Origin: Patescibacteria group bacterium | Lineage (GTDB): Bacteria; Patescibacteriota; Patescibacteriia; Patescibacteriales; BS150m-G62 | NCBI GenBank assembly: GCA_016784175.1 | Contig: JADHVC010000002.1 | Span: 330-64,329, forward strand | Direction: 5' to 3' | DNA: 64,000 bases | Shown here: positions 27,413 through 35,700 of the stretch, one piece after another | How positions within the stretch are numbered: position 1 is the stretch's first letter | Layout: each line of letters starts with the position of its first letter | Translations under genes and position numbers: made by a program | The notes under the pieces: generated by a model | Seen by the model: the letters and a program-made list of their open reading frames with translations, nothing else | The model's database searches: none | What the model was told of the DNA's origin: nothing

Positions 27413-28510
27413 TTAGCTTGGTAAGCTAAAGTAGAAAGTAGTTCCTTCGTCTTGGTGCGACTCAAACATTATTCTTCCGTCGTGTCCGTCAATGATCTTT
27501 TTAACAATGACTAGACCTAGTCCTGTTCCCACATTTTTTTCCGAATAAGAGTTTTTCGCTCTAAAGAATTTAGTGAAAATATGAATTTGGTCTTCGTCTG
27601 GAATACCTATGCCAGAGTCAGTTATTTGGAATAGTACTTGGTTGTTGGTTTTTTTGGCTTTGATTATGATACTCGATTTAGTTTTTGAATAGGTGATCGC
27701 ATTATCAATTAGGTTAAGAAAAACTGTTTTTATATTTCCTTCATTTACCATAATTTTTAAATTCTTTGGAATATCAACTTCAACTTCCAATTTTTTTTGT
27801 TGAATTCTTTGGTTAAAAGAGCTCACAATATGAACTAATAGCTCGTTTACATCAATCTTGGTTAAATGTGTTGCATGATAATTTTCACCCAGCTCTAAAA
27901 GTTTAAAGAGATCATTAATTATAGCTGTACTTGCTATGCTTGAAGTTTCGATCTCATTAATAAGCGGCAAAAGACCGCGAGCCTTAGGGATCTTTTTGAT
28001 CTGCACTCGTAGTTCATTCGCTTCAAGCTGTAATTTAGAAAGGGGAGTTCTAAATTGGTGTGAAGCACCGGTAATAAATTCATACTTTTCTTTTTCCTGT
28101 TCACGAATAGAAATTATCATTTCGTTAAATGTTTTTGCTAATTCGTCTAGCTCACTGCCATTTTCATTGTAATCAAGTGCAAAATTATAATTTCCTTTTT
28201 GTATCCTAGTAACAGCTTTAGATAAGTTTTTGATCGGGCTAATTAGCCTTTGTGTTATGTAAAAGATTAAAAATGACACAAATGACAATATTAAAACTAA
28301 TGAGAAGAACAAATTTTTCTTCATGATTTTTAATTCAAGATATGGTCTATAAGCATCAATATTTAAACCTTGGCAAGATAGCGCTAGATTATTGCAAAAA
28401 CTTAAAGAGGTGCTCAATATACTAATGGCCGTTACTAAAATAACCATTGTAAAAAAAGCCAATACAAGCTTTGTTTTTATTGATAGGTGTAGGCCACTGA
28501 ATACCTGCAT
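27413..28510 (-). CDS. Sensor histidine kinase
   Basis: Two TM helices. HAMP-like linker (ISPIKNLSKAVTRIQKGNY...ELDELAKTFNEM). H-box SHQFRTPL. N-box NLIDNAITYS. G-boxes DSGIGI and GTGLGLVIVKKI. Confidence 0.85.
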   Translation of the reverse strand: MQVFSGLHLSIKTKLVLAFFTMVILVTAISILSTSLSFCNNLALSCQGLNIDAYRPYLELKIMKKNLFFSLVLILSFVSFLIFYITQRLISPIKNLSKAVTRIQKGNYNFALDYNENGSELDELAKTFNEMIISIREQEKEKYEFITGASHQFRTPLSKLQLEANELRVQIKKIPKARGLLPLINEIETSSIASTAIINDLFKLLELGENYHATHLTKIDVNELLVHIVSSFNQRIQQKKLEVEVDIPKNLKIMVNEGNIKTVFLNLIDNAITYSKTKSSIIIKAKKTNNQVLFQITDSGIGIPDEDQIHIFTKFFRAKNSYSEKNVGTGLGLVIVKKIIDGHDGRIMFESHQDEGTTFYFSLPS

Positions 28511-28565
28511 GTAATTTTAGATCTTATTATTTTAATATTTACTTTAATTATAGCACACAAACAAA

Positions 28566-28844
28566 TTAAATTTTTTTCCACTTATCAACAAATTGACCAA
28601 TACCGTTTGTGTTGAGTTTATTTTTTAGTTTAACATTTGAATATAAGAAAAATATTAAAGATTTTAGCTCAATTGAGTATCTATTTTTGACAACTCTATA
28701 TTCTATAATATTAGATTGAATAGCGCGTCTAATAGTTTTTGTTTGTATTCCGCCCAACTTAGCTGCCTCTGACACCGAAAGCCAGATCGCGTTATGGGTA
28801 TTTTTTGTCGTATCTATTGGCTGATCCATAATAATAGAGCTCAA
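28566..28844 (-). CDS. Small helix-turn-helix DNA-binding protein (excisionase/MerR-like HTH)
   Basis: WLSVSEAAKLGGIQTKTIRRAIQSNIIEY is an HTH_17-type pattern. 92 aa, 55 nt upstream of the kinase gene on the same strand. Confidence 0.55.
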   Translation of the reverse strand: MSSIIMDQPIDTTKNTHNAIWLSVSEAAKLGGIQTKTIRRAIQSNIIEYRVVKNRYSIELKSLIFFLYSNVKLKNKLNTNGIGQFVDKWKKI

Positions 28845-29098
28845 AATTTCAAACCCATTTTTATAAATATAGTGTCATATTGGTAACTATATTTCAAGTT
28901 TAAAATATTTGGTTATTTAAAATAGAATGCATGCCTAAGCGGTTGCAAGTTTTTTAAGCTCAAGTTTGACAATTACCGCCTAAAACCTTGCAATTTTGTG
29001 TATATTTTGCTAATATTATATCAGATTCAAGAAAATTACTTCACTACTGTAACACTTTTATTTTAAAATCGTATTAATTAATAGAAACGACAAAATCA

Positions 29099-29671
29099 AT
29101 GGCTTTTCAAAAACAACTCGGGAAAATTATAGACGCTGGCAAGGAGAAAATATTGCTAATCAGGGTGAAAAACAAGGACAAAAGTGCTTTTGTAGAAGCC
29201 TATGATAAGTATGTCGATCAAGTTTATCGATTTATCTATTTTAAAGTTTCTGACAAGGAAGAGGTCAAGGACTTAACATCTCTGACATTTTTGAAGGCTT
29301 GGGAGTATATCCAAGATAGAGGTATTAATGAAGATCGTAGTATTAAGGCATTGTTCTACAAGATCGCGAGAAATGTCGTTATAGACTACTACAGGGCTCA
29401 AAGTAAAAGACAGGTTACATCCATAGAGCTCTTAGGTGAGATCCGATCAGATGTAGATATAATCACAAACCTAGAGAATAAACTGGAGATCGAAAGAGTT
29501 TCTGGAAAAATGCTTCAATTAAAAAGTGAATATCGCGAAGTTTTAATGTTCTATTATGTTGATGAACTTTCAACCAGAGAGATCGCAAAAATTTTAGGTA
29601 AGACAAGTGGAAATATAAGAGTTACATTGCATAGAGCTTTAAAAACGTTTAAAGAAATCGTAAATGAATAA
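29099..29671 (+). CDS. ECF-type sigma-70 family RNA polymerase sigma factor
   Basis: Region 2 (FVEAYDKYVDQVYRFIYFKVSDKEEVKDLTSLTFLKAW) and region 4 HTH (LSTREIAKILGKTSGNIRVTLHRALKTF). Confidence 0.85.
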   Translation: MAFQKQLGKIIDAGKEKILLIRVKNKDKSAFVEAYDKYVDQVYRFIYFKVSDKEEVKDLTSLTFLKAWEYIQDRGINEDRSIKALFYKIARNVVIDYYRAQSKRQVTSIELLGEIRSDVDIITNLENKLEIERVSGKMLQLKSEYREVLMFYYVDELSTREIAKILGKTSGNIRVTLHRALKTFKEIVNE

Positions 29672-30647
29672 TGAAATATATAAACAAATAAATATTCTTA
29701 AAGATATTAAGCCAAGTGATGATTGGAAAAGTAAAAATAGAGAATTACTTTTAAGTCAAATAAGTAGTGCAAATATCGCAGACATAAAAGAATTAAGCTT
29801 AGTTAACGCATTGTTTAAGACGATTAGTGGTGAGTTGCGTTTATTTGTAGCTCAACCAACTTTGTTTGTGACCATACTAGCTATACTAATGATTGGTCTT
29901 CCGATAGTAAGTGCAGAGTTCGTTAACGATTCAAAGCCAGGCGATTCTCTCTATATAGCAAAATTGGTTAGTGAAGACGCTCAACTTGCTGTTACTTTTG
30001 ATGAAAGAAAGAAAGCAAAACTTGGTCTAGGTTTTGCAGAAAATAGAACAAGAGAGATTACTAAAGTGTTAGTAGAATTTAACGAAAATGAGCAAGACAA
30101 AGACCAAAAAGTAGAAAAATTAACCAATGACTTTAAAGAAGAGATAGCAAAAATTAAAACATACGAAGTAGCAAGTAACATAAAAGCAAAAGTAAGAAAA
30201 GAAAAGGCAATTGTTGTAGAAGATAATAAACAGGTAATTATTCAAAGTAGCATCGATGAAACCTTAACAAAAGAAGAAGATACAAAGGTATTTAGCGCTT
30301 ATCTTGGTAGATCAACTGCTGGAATTCAGCTATCTCAAGATGAGGTAAAAAAAGAATTTCATAAAGTATTAAGTGATGCAGCCGACTTGATTGACTCCAA
30401 GGACTATGTAGGAACATTAAATAAGCTAAAAGAAGCCAATCAGATTATCTTAAAAGTTACTGATGATGAGAGAATCCAAGAGGAAGTGGTAGAGAAACCT
30501 CAGGAAATACTAGAGATTGTTGAGACACTTCAAGCAGACAATATTACCAATAAAGAAGGATTAGCATCTAGTACGTTGAATAGCACGGTAGAGCCAGTGG
30601 AAAATAAAATTATCGAGGATAATAATAAAGATAAAGAAGAAAAATAA
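29664..30647 (+). CDS. DUF5667-like membrane protein, candidate anti-sigma factor
   Basis: Overlaps the sigma gene by 8 nt (ATGAATAA). One TM helix (LFVTILAILMIGLPIV). PGDSLYIAKLVSEDAQLAVTFDERKKAKLGLGFAENRTREI matches my recollection of DUF5667. Charged helical C-terminus. Confidence 0.5.
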   Translation: MNNEIYKQINILKDIKPSDDWKSKNRELLLSQISSANIADIKELSLVNALFKTISGELRLFVAQPTLFVTILAILMIGLPIVSAEFVNDSKPGDSLYIAKLVSEDAQLAVTFDERKKAKLGLGFAENRTREITKVLVEFNENEQDKDQKVEKLTNDFKEEIAKIKTYEVASNIKAKVRKEKAIVVEDNKQVIIQSSIDETLTKEEDTKVFSAYLGRSTAGIQLSQDEVKKEFHKVLSDAADLIDSKDYVGTLNKLKEANQIILKVTDDERIQEEVVEKPQEILEIVETLQADNITNKEGLASSTLNSTVEPVENKIIEDNNKDKEEK

Positions 30648-30652
30648 AATTT

Positions 30653-31441
30653 ATGAGTAATTTGTTTGACGAGCGGTTTGATATAAACGACGAATCAGTT
30701 AGTACCTTAACATACGATGAACATATAGCCAGATATATTTTTGCTTGCAGTTTAGTGAAGGGTAAGATTGTGCTTGATATTGCTTGTGGTACAGGCTATG
30801 GAGCACAAATATTAGCTAAAAACGGAGCTAAAAAAGTAATAGGTGTGGATATAGACCAAAAAACAGTGGATATTGCTAGTAGTCTAAATAAATATTCTAG
30901 TGTAGAATATAAGCACGGAAATGCAATAAAATTAGAATTCGCTAGCAAATCAGTTGATTTTATCACTTCTTTTGAGACAATCGAACATGTTGATAAGGTT
31001 GATAATTATCTAAGTGAATTAAAACGAGTGCTTACAAATAATGGGTTAGTACTAATTTCTACGCCTAACATAGAAATTAGTAAATGTAAGAATCCTTATC
31101 ACCTGAAAGAGTACACAAAGCAAGAGTTTAGCAATCTAGTAAAAAGATATTTTAAACATTGCGTAATTATAGACCAGGTCAGCGGAATGTCGAGCGTGAT
31201 CCGAGTAAATGCAAAGCAAGATTCAAAGTTGTTCTTTGGAGAAAATATCGCACCCAACTACTTTATCGCTATGTGTTCGCAGGTCGAGTTTAATCTTAAT
31301 CAATACAATATAGTTAGCTTTAATCAAACAGCTTTAAACAAATTGCAACGAAACCCAGGTTTAGTTGTCGCAGACAGTATATATAAAGCTTTAGTTAAAG
31401 TCCCAGGTTTAAAAAGTTTCCTTAAAAAAATAGCGAGTTAA
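30653..31441 (+). CDS. Class I SAM-dependent methyltransferase
   Basis: Motif I VLDIACGTGYGAQILA, followed by an acidic residue after beta-2 (VIGVDID) and FETIEHV. Confidence 0.8.
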   Translation: MSNLFDERFDINDESVSTLTYDEHIARYIFACSLVKGKIVLDIACGTGYGAQILAKNGAKKVIGVDIDQKTVDIASSLNKYSSVEYKHGNAIKLEFASKSVDFITSFETIEHVDKVDNYLSELKRVLTNNGLVLISTPNIEISKCKNPYHLKEYTKQEFSNLVKRYFKHCVIIDQVSGMSSVIRVNAKQDSKLFFGENIAPNYFIAMCSQVEFNLNQYNIVSFNQTALNKLQRNPGLVVADSIYKALVKVPGLKSFLKKIAS

Positions 31442-31499
31442 AATTGTTCATTTATCTAGTTTAGATTAGTACCCGTTAGTTAAAATTATTAACATTGTT

Positions 31500-31799
31500 G
31501 GTAGTAATCTGCATTAAATAATGCAGTCGTTCAAGTCTTGTAAGTTTACTCCGACGGTCTGTACAGGTCATAAGCGTAAATTTATTAAAGGTCGATATCT
31601 GTGCCAAAAACACAGGTAAGACTTGCACACAAGAAATTAATTAAAAAATAACCAACGGCAAATCATTAATTTTGTTGGAACTATTGCTGTAGGAACGTTG
31701 TATAGCAATGTTCCTCTACATTAAAAAGATTCGCCCGAGGTATAATTAACTTAGTAATATTATTTATATATAATCTTGCTAGGCGAATATCTATAATTT
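31500..31799 (+). promoter_or_regulatory. Long structured upstream region / putative leader of the S-layer-like gene
   Basis: 360-nt intergenic gap. Hairpins at 31509-31526 (CTGCATT/AATGCAG) and 31599-31615 (CTGTG/CACAG). Long-range pair CAAGTCTT (31532-39) with AAGACTTG (31618-25). Overlapping alternative stems at 31683-31720. TATAAT boxes at 31741 and 31769. Confidence 0.3.
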
Positions 31800-34700
31800 A
31801 TGAGAAAATTACGCAAAACATTCATCTCAGGCGTGATGTTCACCACAATCTTTGCATTAAGTGGTATTGCTGCAGTTAGTCCTGCACAAGCTGCTGCATC
31901 TGCTGGTGACCTAATCAAGATGGACGGTTTAGATACTGTTTATTATCTTGGCGCTGACGGTAAGAGATATGTATTCCCAAATGCACAAACTTATTTTAGT
32001 TGGTATCCTGATTTTTCAAGCGTTGTAACTGTTCCTCAATCAGAGCTAGAGTCATACAGACTTGGTTCTAATGTAACAATGAGAGCTGGTACAAAATTAG
32101 TTAAAATTACTACAGATCCAATGGTATATGCTGTTGAACCAGGTGGTAATTTAAGATCTATTGTTAGTGAAGCTAATGCAATAGCTCTATATGGAGCAGA
32201 TTGGGCAAAAAGAGTAATCGATGTGCCAGATTCATTTTTCACTAACTACAAAGTATTAGCTGATTTAGCTGTAGGTAAATATCCTGCTGGTCAGTTAGTA
32301 AAGAGTGGTGATGCTACTTATTACTTCGACGGTACAGATTACCGTGCGGTAGCAAGTGATGCAGCTATGTCTGCAAATCGTTTTCAAGCTTCAAATGTAG
32401 TTACTACAACTATGGCTATTACAGCTGGTGGTACTGCACTTGCAGGCGCTGAAGCTACTTTAATCGACACTTCTGCTAGTGGTGCTACAACTGGTATTAC
32501 TCCAGGCGTAGGCACAGGTGCTACTGTATCTGTAGCTAGTGATACTCCTTACAGTTCTACTATTCCTAGTAGTTCAGCTAGAGTAACTTTCACTAAATTT
32601 AACATTGCAGCTGCTAGTGATGGCGACGTAACTGTTAATGAGATTACAGTAAGACGAACAGGTGTTGGTGCTTACAACGAATTAAGTAGAGTTTACCTAT
32701 ATGATGGTATGACAAGATTAAGTAACGGTAGAACTATCAATTCTGATAGTCACAGTACTACTTTTTCAGGCCTAGGTTTGAAAGTAGCTGCTGGTACTGT
32801 TAAAACAATCACTATTGCTGCAGATACAGCTAGTGGTTCAGCTGGTAACCATTCTTTGGGTATCAATGCTGCTTCTGATATTAAGACAAATGGTGCTTCT
32901 GTTTCTGGTTCATTTCCAGTTAAAGGTAATACTATGAGTCTTTCATCTGTTACTGCTGGTACAGTTGTGCTTGCAGGCAATGGTACATTATCAAACCCAA
33001 CAATCGGTGATGCTAATGTTTCAGTTGCTCAATTTAAGTTAACAGCTGCTTCAGAGGACTTAATGTTTGGAGACATTACTCTAAAACAAGATGGTACAAT
33101 CGACACATCTTTATTGAGTAATTTTACCTTAATGCAAGGTACAACTAATATTCCTGTTACAACTACTATTAACGGAAGAAATGTAATGGTTAAATTAGAC
33201 ACTCCATTTAAGTTAGTTGACGGTTCTGGTAAAATCTTTACTCTAAAAGCTAACGTAAGCAGTGATACAGAAGTTGGTAAAACTATTGTATTCTATGTAA
33301 ATAATGTAGCTGATGTTAATACACAAAGTATTAATTACGGAGTAGGTGTTACAGCAACAATCACAGCTTATGATGCTGCCGGTGATTCACAAACATTAAC
33401 ATTACAAGGTGGTGGAATTACAATTTCTAACCTAAGCTCACCTTCAAGTGATGTTAAAGTAAATTCAACAGAAGTTGAGTTAACTCGAGTTGCTGTAAAA
33501 GCGTCTTCTGATAGTGCAGAAATTCAAAAAATGACTTTAAGAATCGCTACAACTAAAGCAACTTCTGGTGGTGATGATTATGGTACTTTCAGAGATATGG
33601 CTGATGATGCTGATTATGACAGCGGTACTGACACACTTTTACTTAAAAATATTAAGTTAAAGGATGCAGACACTGGTGCTACTATTGGTTCAGCTAAAGC
33701 TATTACTGATGCTGATAACTTCAGTGCAGCTAATGATGTTGATGCAAGTTTAGATTTTGTGTTCGATGATTATTTCACAATTGCAAAGGGTGCAACAAGA
33801 AATATTATCGCTGTAGCTGATATTGACACAACACAAATTTCTAGTGTAGTTTACGCTACAACAATGCAATTTGGTTCTAGTGACTTTACAGCTAAAGATT
33901 CACAAGATAATACTATAAGTGATGTTGTTCCTGCTACTGATATTGCTGGTTACAACAGAACAACAAGAACTTCATCATTAACAATTTCAAGAGCTTCAAG
34001 CCCAGAAACAAGAACTGTGGTTAAAGGTTCTTCAGTTGATGCTTTGGGTATAATATTTGCAACTGGTTCTGGAACAGGTAATGATGTTAAGCTTTCAGGT
34101 TTAACACTTGATATCTTCGTTGATGCTGACACTACTTTAGCAAGTGACTTTGCATTAAACACAGCAACTGGTGATGCAGATGGCGATACAACAACTATTC
34201 TTGCTAATGCTTTAGTGCAAGACGTAAGTCTATATGTTGGTGCTGACAAAATTGCTGGTCCTGTAAGTGTTGACACTAACGGTAGAGCAATCTTTACTTC
34301 AAGTAAATTTGTAAATGGTTACTACAATCTTCCAGCTGGCGCAAGCAAAACAGTCGTTGTTCGTGCAACTGCATCTGGCAATGCTCCTTATGGTGCTGCT
34401 GATGATAGATTTGCATTCACATTCGATGCTGCTGATGTTACAGCAGAAGACTCAGAAGGTAGTGTAACTCCAACTGTTACAGGTACAGATCTTAACGGTC
34501 TTGCTACACCTGGTGTTTATGTCCAAGTTACTGGTAACGGTACTATCACTGTTGCTGCTGACTCTGGCAAACCTGCTTCTTCTGTAGTTATCGCTGGTCG
34601 TTCAACAGAACAAGAGTTAACAAGAGTGTTGCTTTCAACAACAAAAGAAGATTTCTTAGTTGACGAAATTACATTCGCAGTTAACGAAGCTGGTTCTTAT

Positions 34701-35573
34701 GATGATGTAGAATACCTAAGACTATATGACACTTCAGGTAATGCATTATCAGAAAATGTTGGTCTAAACGCAAGTGGCTTAGCTAATTTTACTGGTTTAA
34801 CAATCAGTGTTCCAAAATTAGATAACAAGGTTTTAGTTGTTAAGGGTAAGATTAAAGCTGTTGGTGAAAGAACAACAGCTACAGATGGTACTGCTGGAAC
34901 TGGTGCTGACACTGGTGATGGTATTACTATCAACATTGACACAACAGCTGGCAACTTCAATGCTACAGGTGCTGCATCTGGTATTGTTGATACTACTGCT
35001 GATGCTGCTGTTGCAAATACCATGGTTGTTAGAAAGTCTCTTCCAACTGTTGTTATGCAATCATTACCAAGCACAACATTGGCTAACGCTTCAAAGACAA
35101 TTAGTAAATTCAGTATTACAGCTGATGCTAATGGAGATATCGTATTCAAGGGCGTTCAACCTATAACAACTTTAGGTGGCGCTTCAGCTATTACAGCTGG
35201 TTCAGTTTACATGTATGATGTAACTGGTTCAAACGAAACTTTACTAAACGCAGTTGGTGTTAATGCAAGTGCATTAATCGAAATTGACAATGCTAGTATT
35301 GTTACGATTGCTGCTGGTACTACAAGAACATTCGAAATCAGAGCTACTATTACTGGTTCTGCTGCAGGTGATTCTGTAGAAACTCAACTAGTTAAGGATA
35401 GCGCTGCATTAAGTTCTACAACAGAAACAGCTGCTGACGCAGTTGCTGATGCAGCAAATAACTTCATTTGGTCAGACAAATCTGCTGATACAAATGCTGT
35501 TACTTCAACTGAGTGGACAAATAGTTATGTCTTCCCAAGTTGGCCAACTACAATCTCAGTATTATCAAGATAA
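31800..35573 (+). CDS. S-layer-like major surface protein (1257 aa, Cys-free)
   Basis: Signal peptide ending PAQAAAS. No cysteine at all; rich in T/A/S/G/V/D. Recurring beta-sandwich-like units (VTFTKFNIAAASDGDVTVNEITV, VSVAQFKLTAASEDLMFGDITL, VELTRVAVKASSDSAEIQKMTL, QELTRVLLSTTKEDFLVDEITF). Strong bias to GGT/GCT/ACT/GTT codons. A strong terminator follows. Confidence 0.7.
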   Translation: MRKLRKTFISGVMFTTIFALSGIAAVSPAQAAASAGDLIKMDGLDTVYYLGADGKRYVFPNAQTYFSWYPDFSSVVTVPQSELESYRLGSNVTMRAGTKLVKITTDPMVYAVEPGGNLRSIVSEANAIALYGADWAKRVIDVPDSFFTNYKVLADLAVGKYPAGQLVKSGDATYYFDGTDYRAVASDAAMSANRFQASNVVTTTMAITAGGTALAGAEATLIDTSASGATTGITPGVGTGATVSVASDTPYSSTIPSSSARVTFTKFNIAAASDGDVTVNEITVRRTGVGAYNELSRVYLYDGMTRLSNGRTINSDSHSTTFSGLGLKVAAGTVKTITIAADTASGSAGNHSLGINAASDIKTNGASVSGSFPVKGNTMSLSSVTAGTVVLAGNGTLSNPTIGDANVSVAQFKLTAASEDLMFGDITLKQDGTIDTSLLSNFTLMQGTTNIPVTTTINGRNVMVKLDTPFKLVDGSGKIFTLKANVSSDTEVGKTIVFYVNNVADVNTQSINYGVGVTATITAYDAAGDSQTLTLQGGGITISNLSSPSSDVKVNSTEVELTRVAVKASSDSAEIQKMTLRIATTKATSGGDDYGTFRDMADDADYDSGTDTLLLKNIKLKDADTGATIGSAKAITDADNFSAANDVDASLDFVFDDYFTIAKGATRNIIAVADIDTTQISSVVYATTMQFGSSDFTAKDSQDNTISDVVPATDIAGYNRTTRTSSLTISRASSPETRTVVKGSSVDALGIIFATGSGTGNDVKLSGLTLDIFVDADTTLASDFALNTATGDADGDTTTILANALVQDVSLYVGADKIAGPVSVDTNGRAIFTSSKFVNGYYNLPAGASKTVVVRATASGNAPYGAADDRFAFTFDAADVTAEDSEGSVTPTVTGTDLNGLATPGVYVQVTGNGTITVAADSGKPASSVVIAGRSTEQELTRVLLSTTKEDFLVDEITFAVNEAGSYDDVEYLRLYDTSGNALSENVGLNASGLANFTGLTISVPKLDNKVLVVKGKIKAVGERTTATDGTAGTGADTGDGITINIDTTAGNFNATGAASGIVDTTADAAVANTMVVRKSLPTVVMQSLPSTTLANASKTISKFSITADANGDIVFKGVQPITTLGGASAITAGSVYMYDVTGSNETLLNAVGVNASALIEIDNASIVTIAAGTTRTFEIRATITGSAAGDSVETQLVKDSAALSSTTETAADAVADAANNFIWSDKSADTNAVTSTEWTNSYVFPSWPTTISVLSR

Positions 35574-35603
35574 TATCTCGATAAGCTAGATTGAACTAGG
35601 CAA

Positions 35604-35641
35604 CCCCCTCTCCTTAAAGCAAGGAGAGGGGGTTTTGGTTT
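35604..35641 (+). terminator. Strong rho-independent terminator
   Basis: CCCCCTCTCCTT (35604-35615) pairs with AAGGAGAGGGGG (35621-35632), followed by TTTTGGTTT. Confidence 0.9.
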
Positions 35642-35700
35642 GTGGGTGTTTTTTTGCTATACTAAACAATATAAAGAATTATCCTAACCTTTTTTAAAAT

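Noticed and set aside
27280-27465. Small ORFs overlapping the repeat elements (27280..27465, 45234..45440, 16972..17172, 48634..48852 and others).
   Set aside because: They are created by the repeat sequence itself. Similar peptide strings such as HYIYITFSLRMEY recur only because the DNA repeats. They differ in length and frame between copies, and they run across element boundaries into unrelated sequence.
31501-31526. GTAGTAATCTGCATTAAATAATGCAG looked like a collapsed relic of the foldback element (GTAGTAAT plus CTGCATTA...TAATGCAG).
   Set aside because: Only short (7-8 nt) pieces match, in a different order from the element. In AT-rich DNA this is within chance expectation. It is kept only as a hairpin within the leader region.
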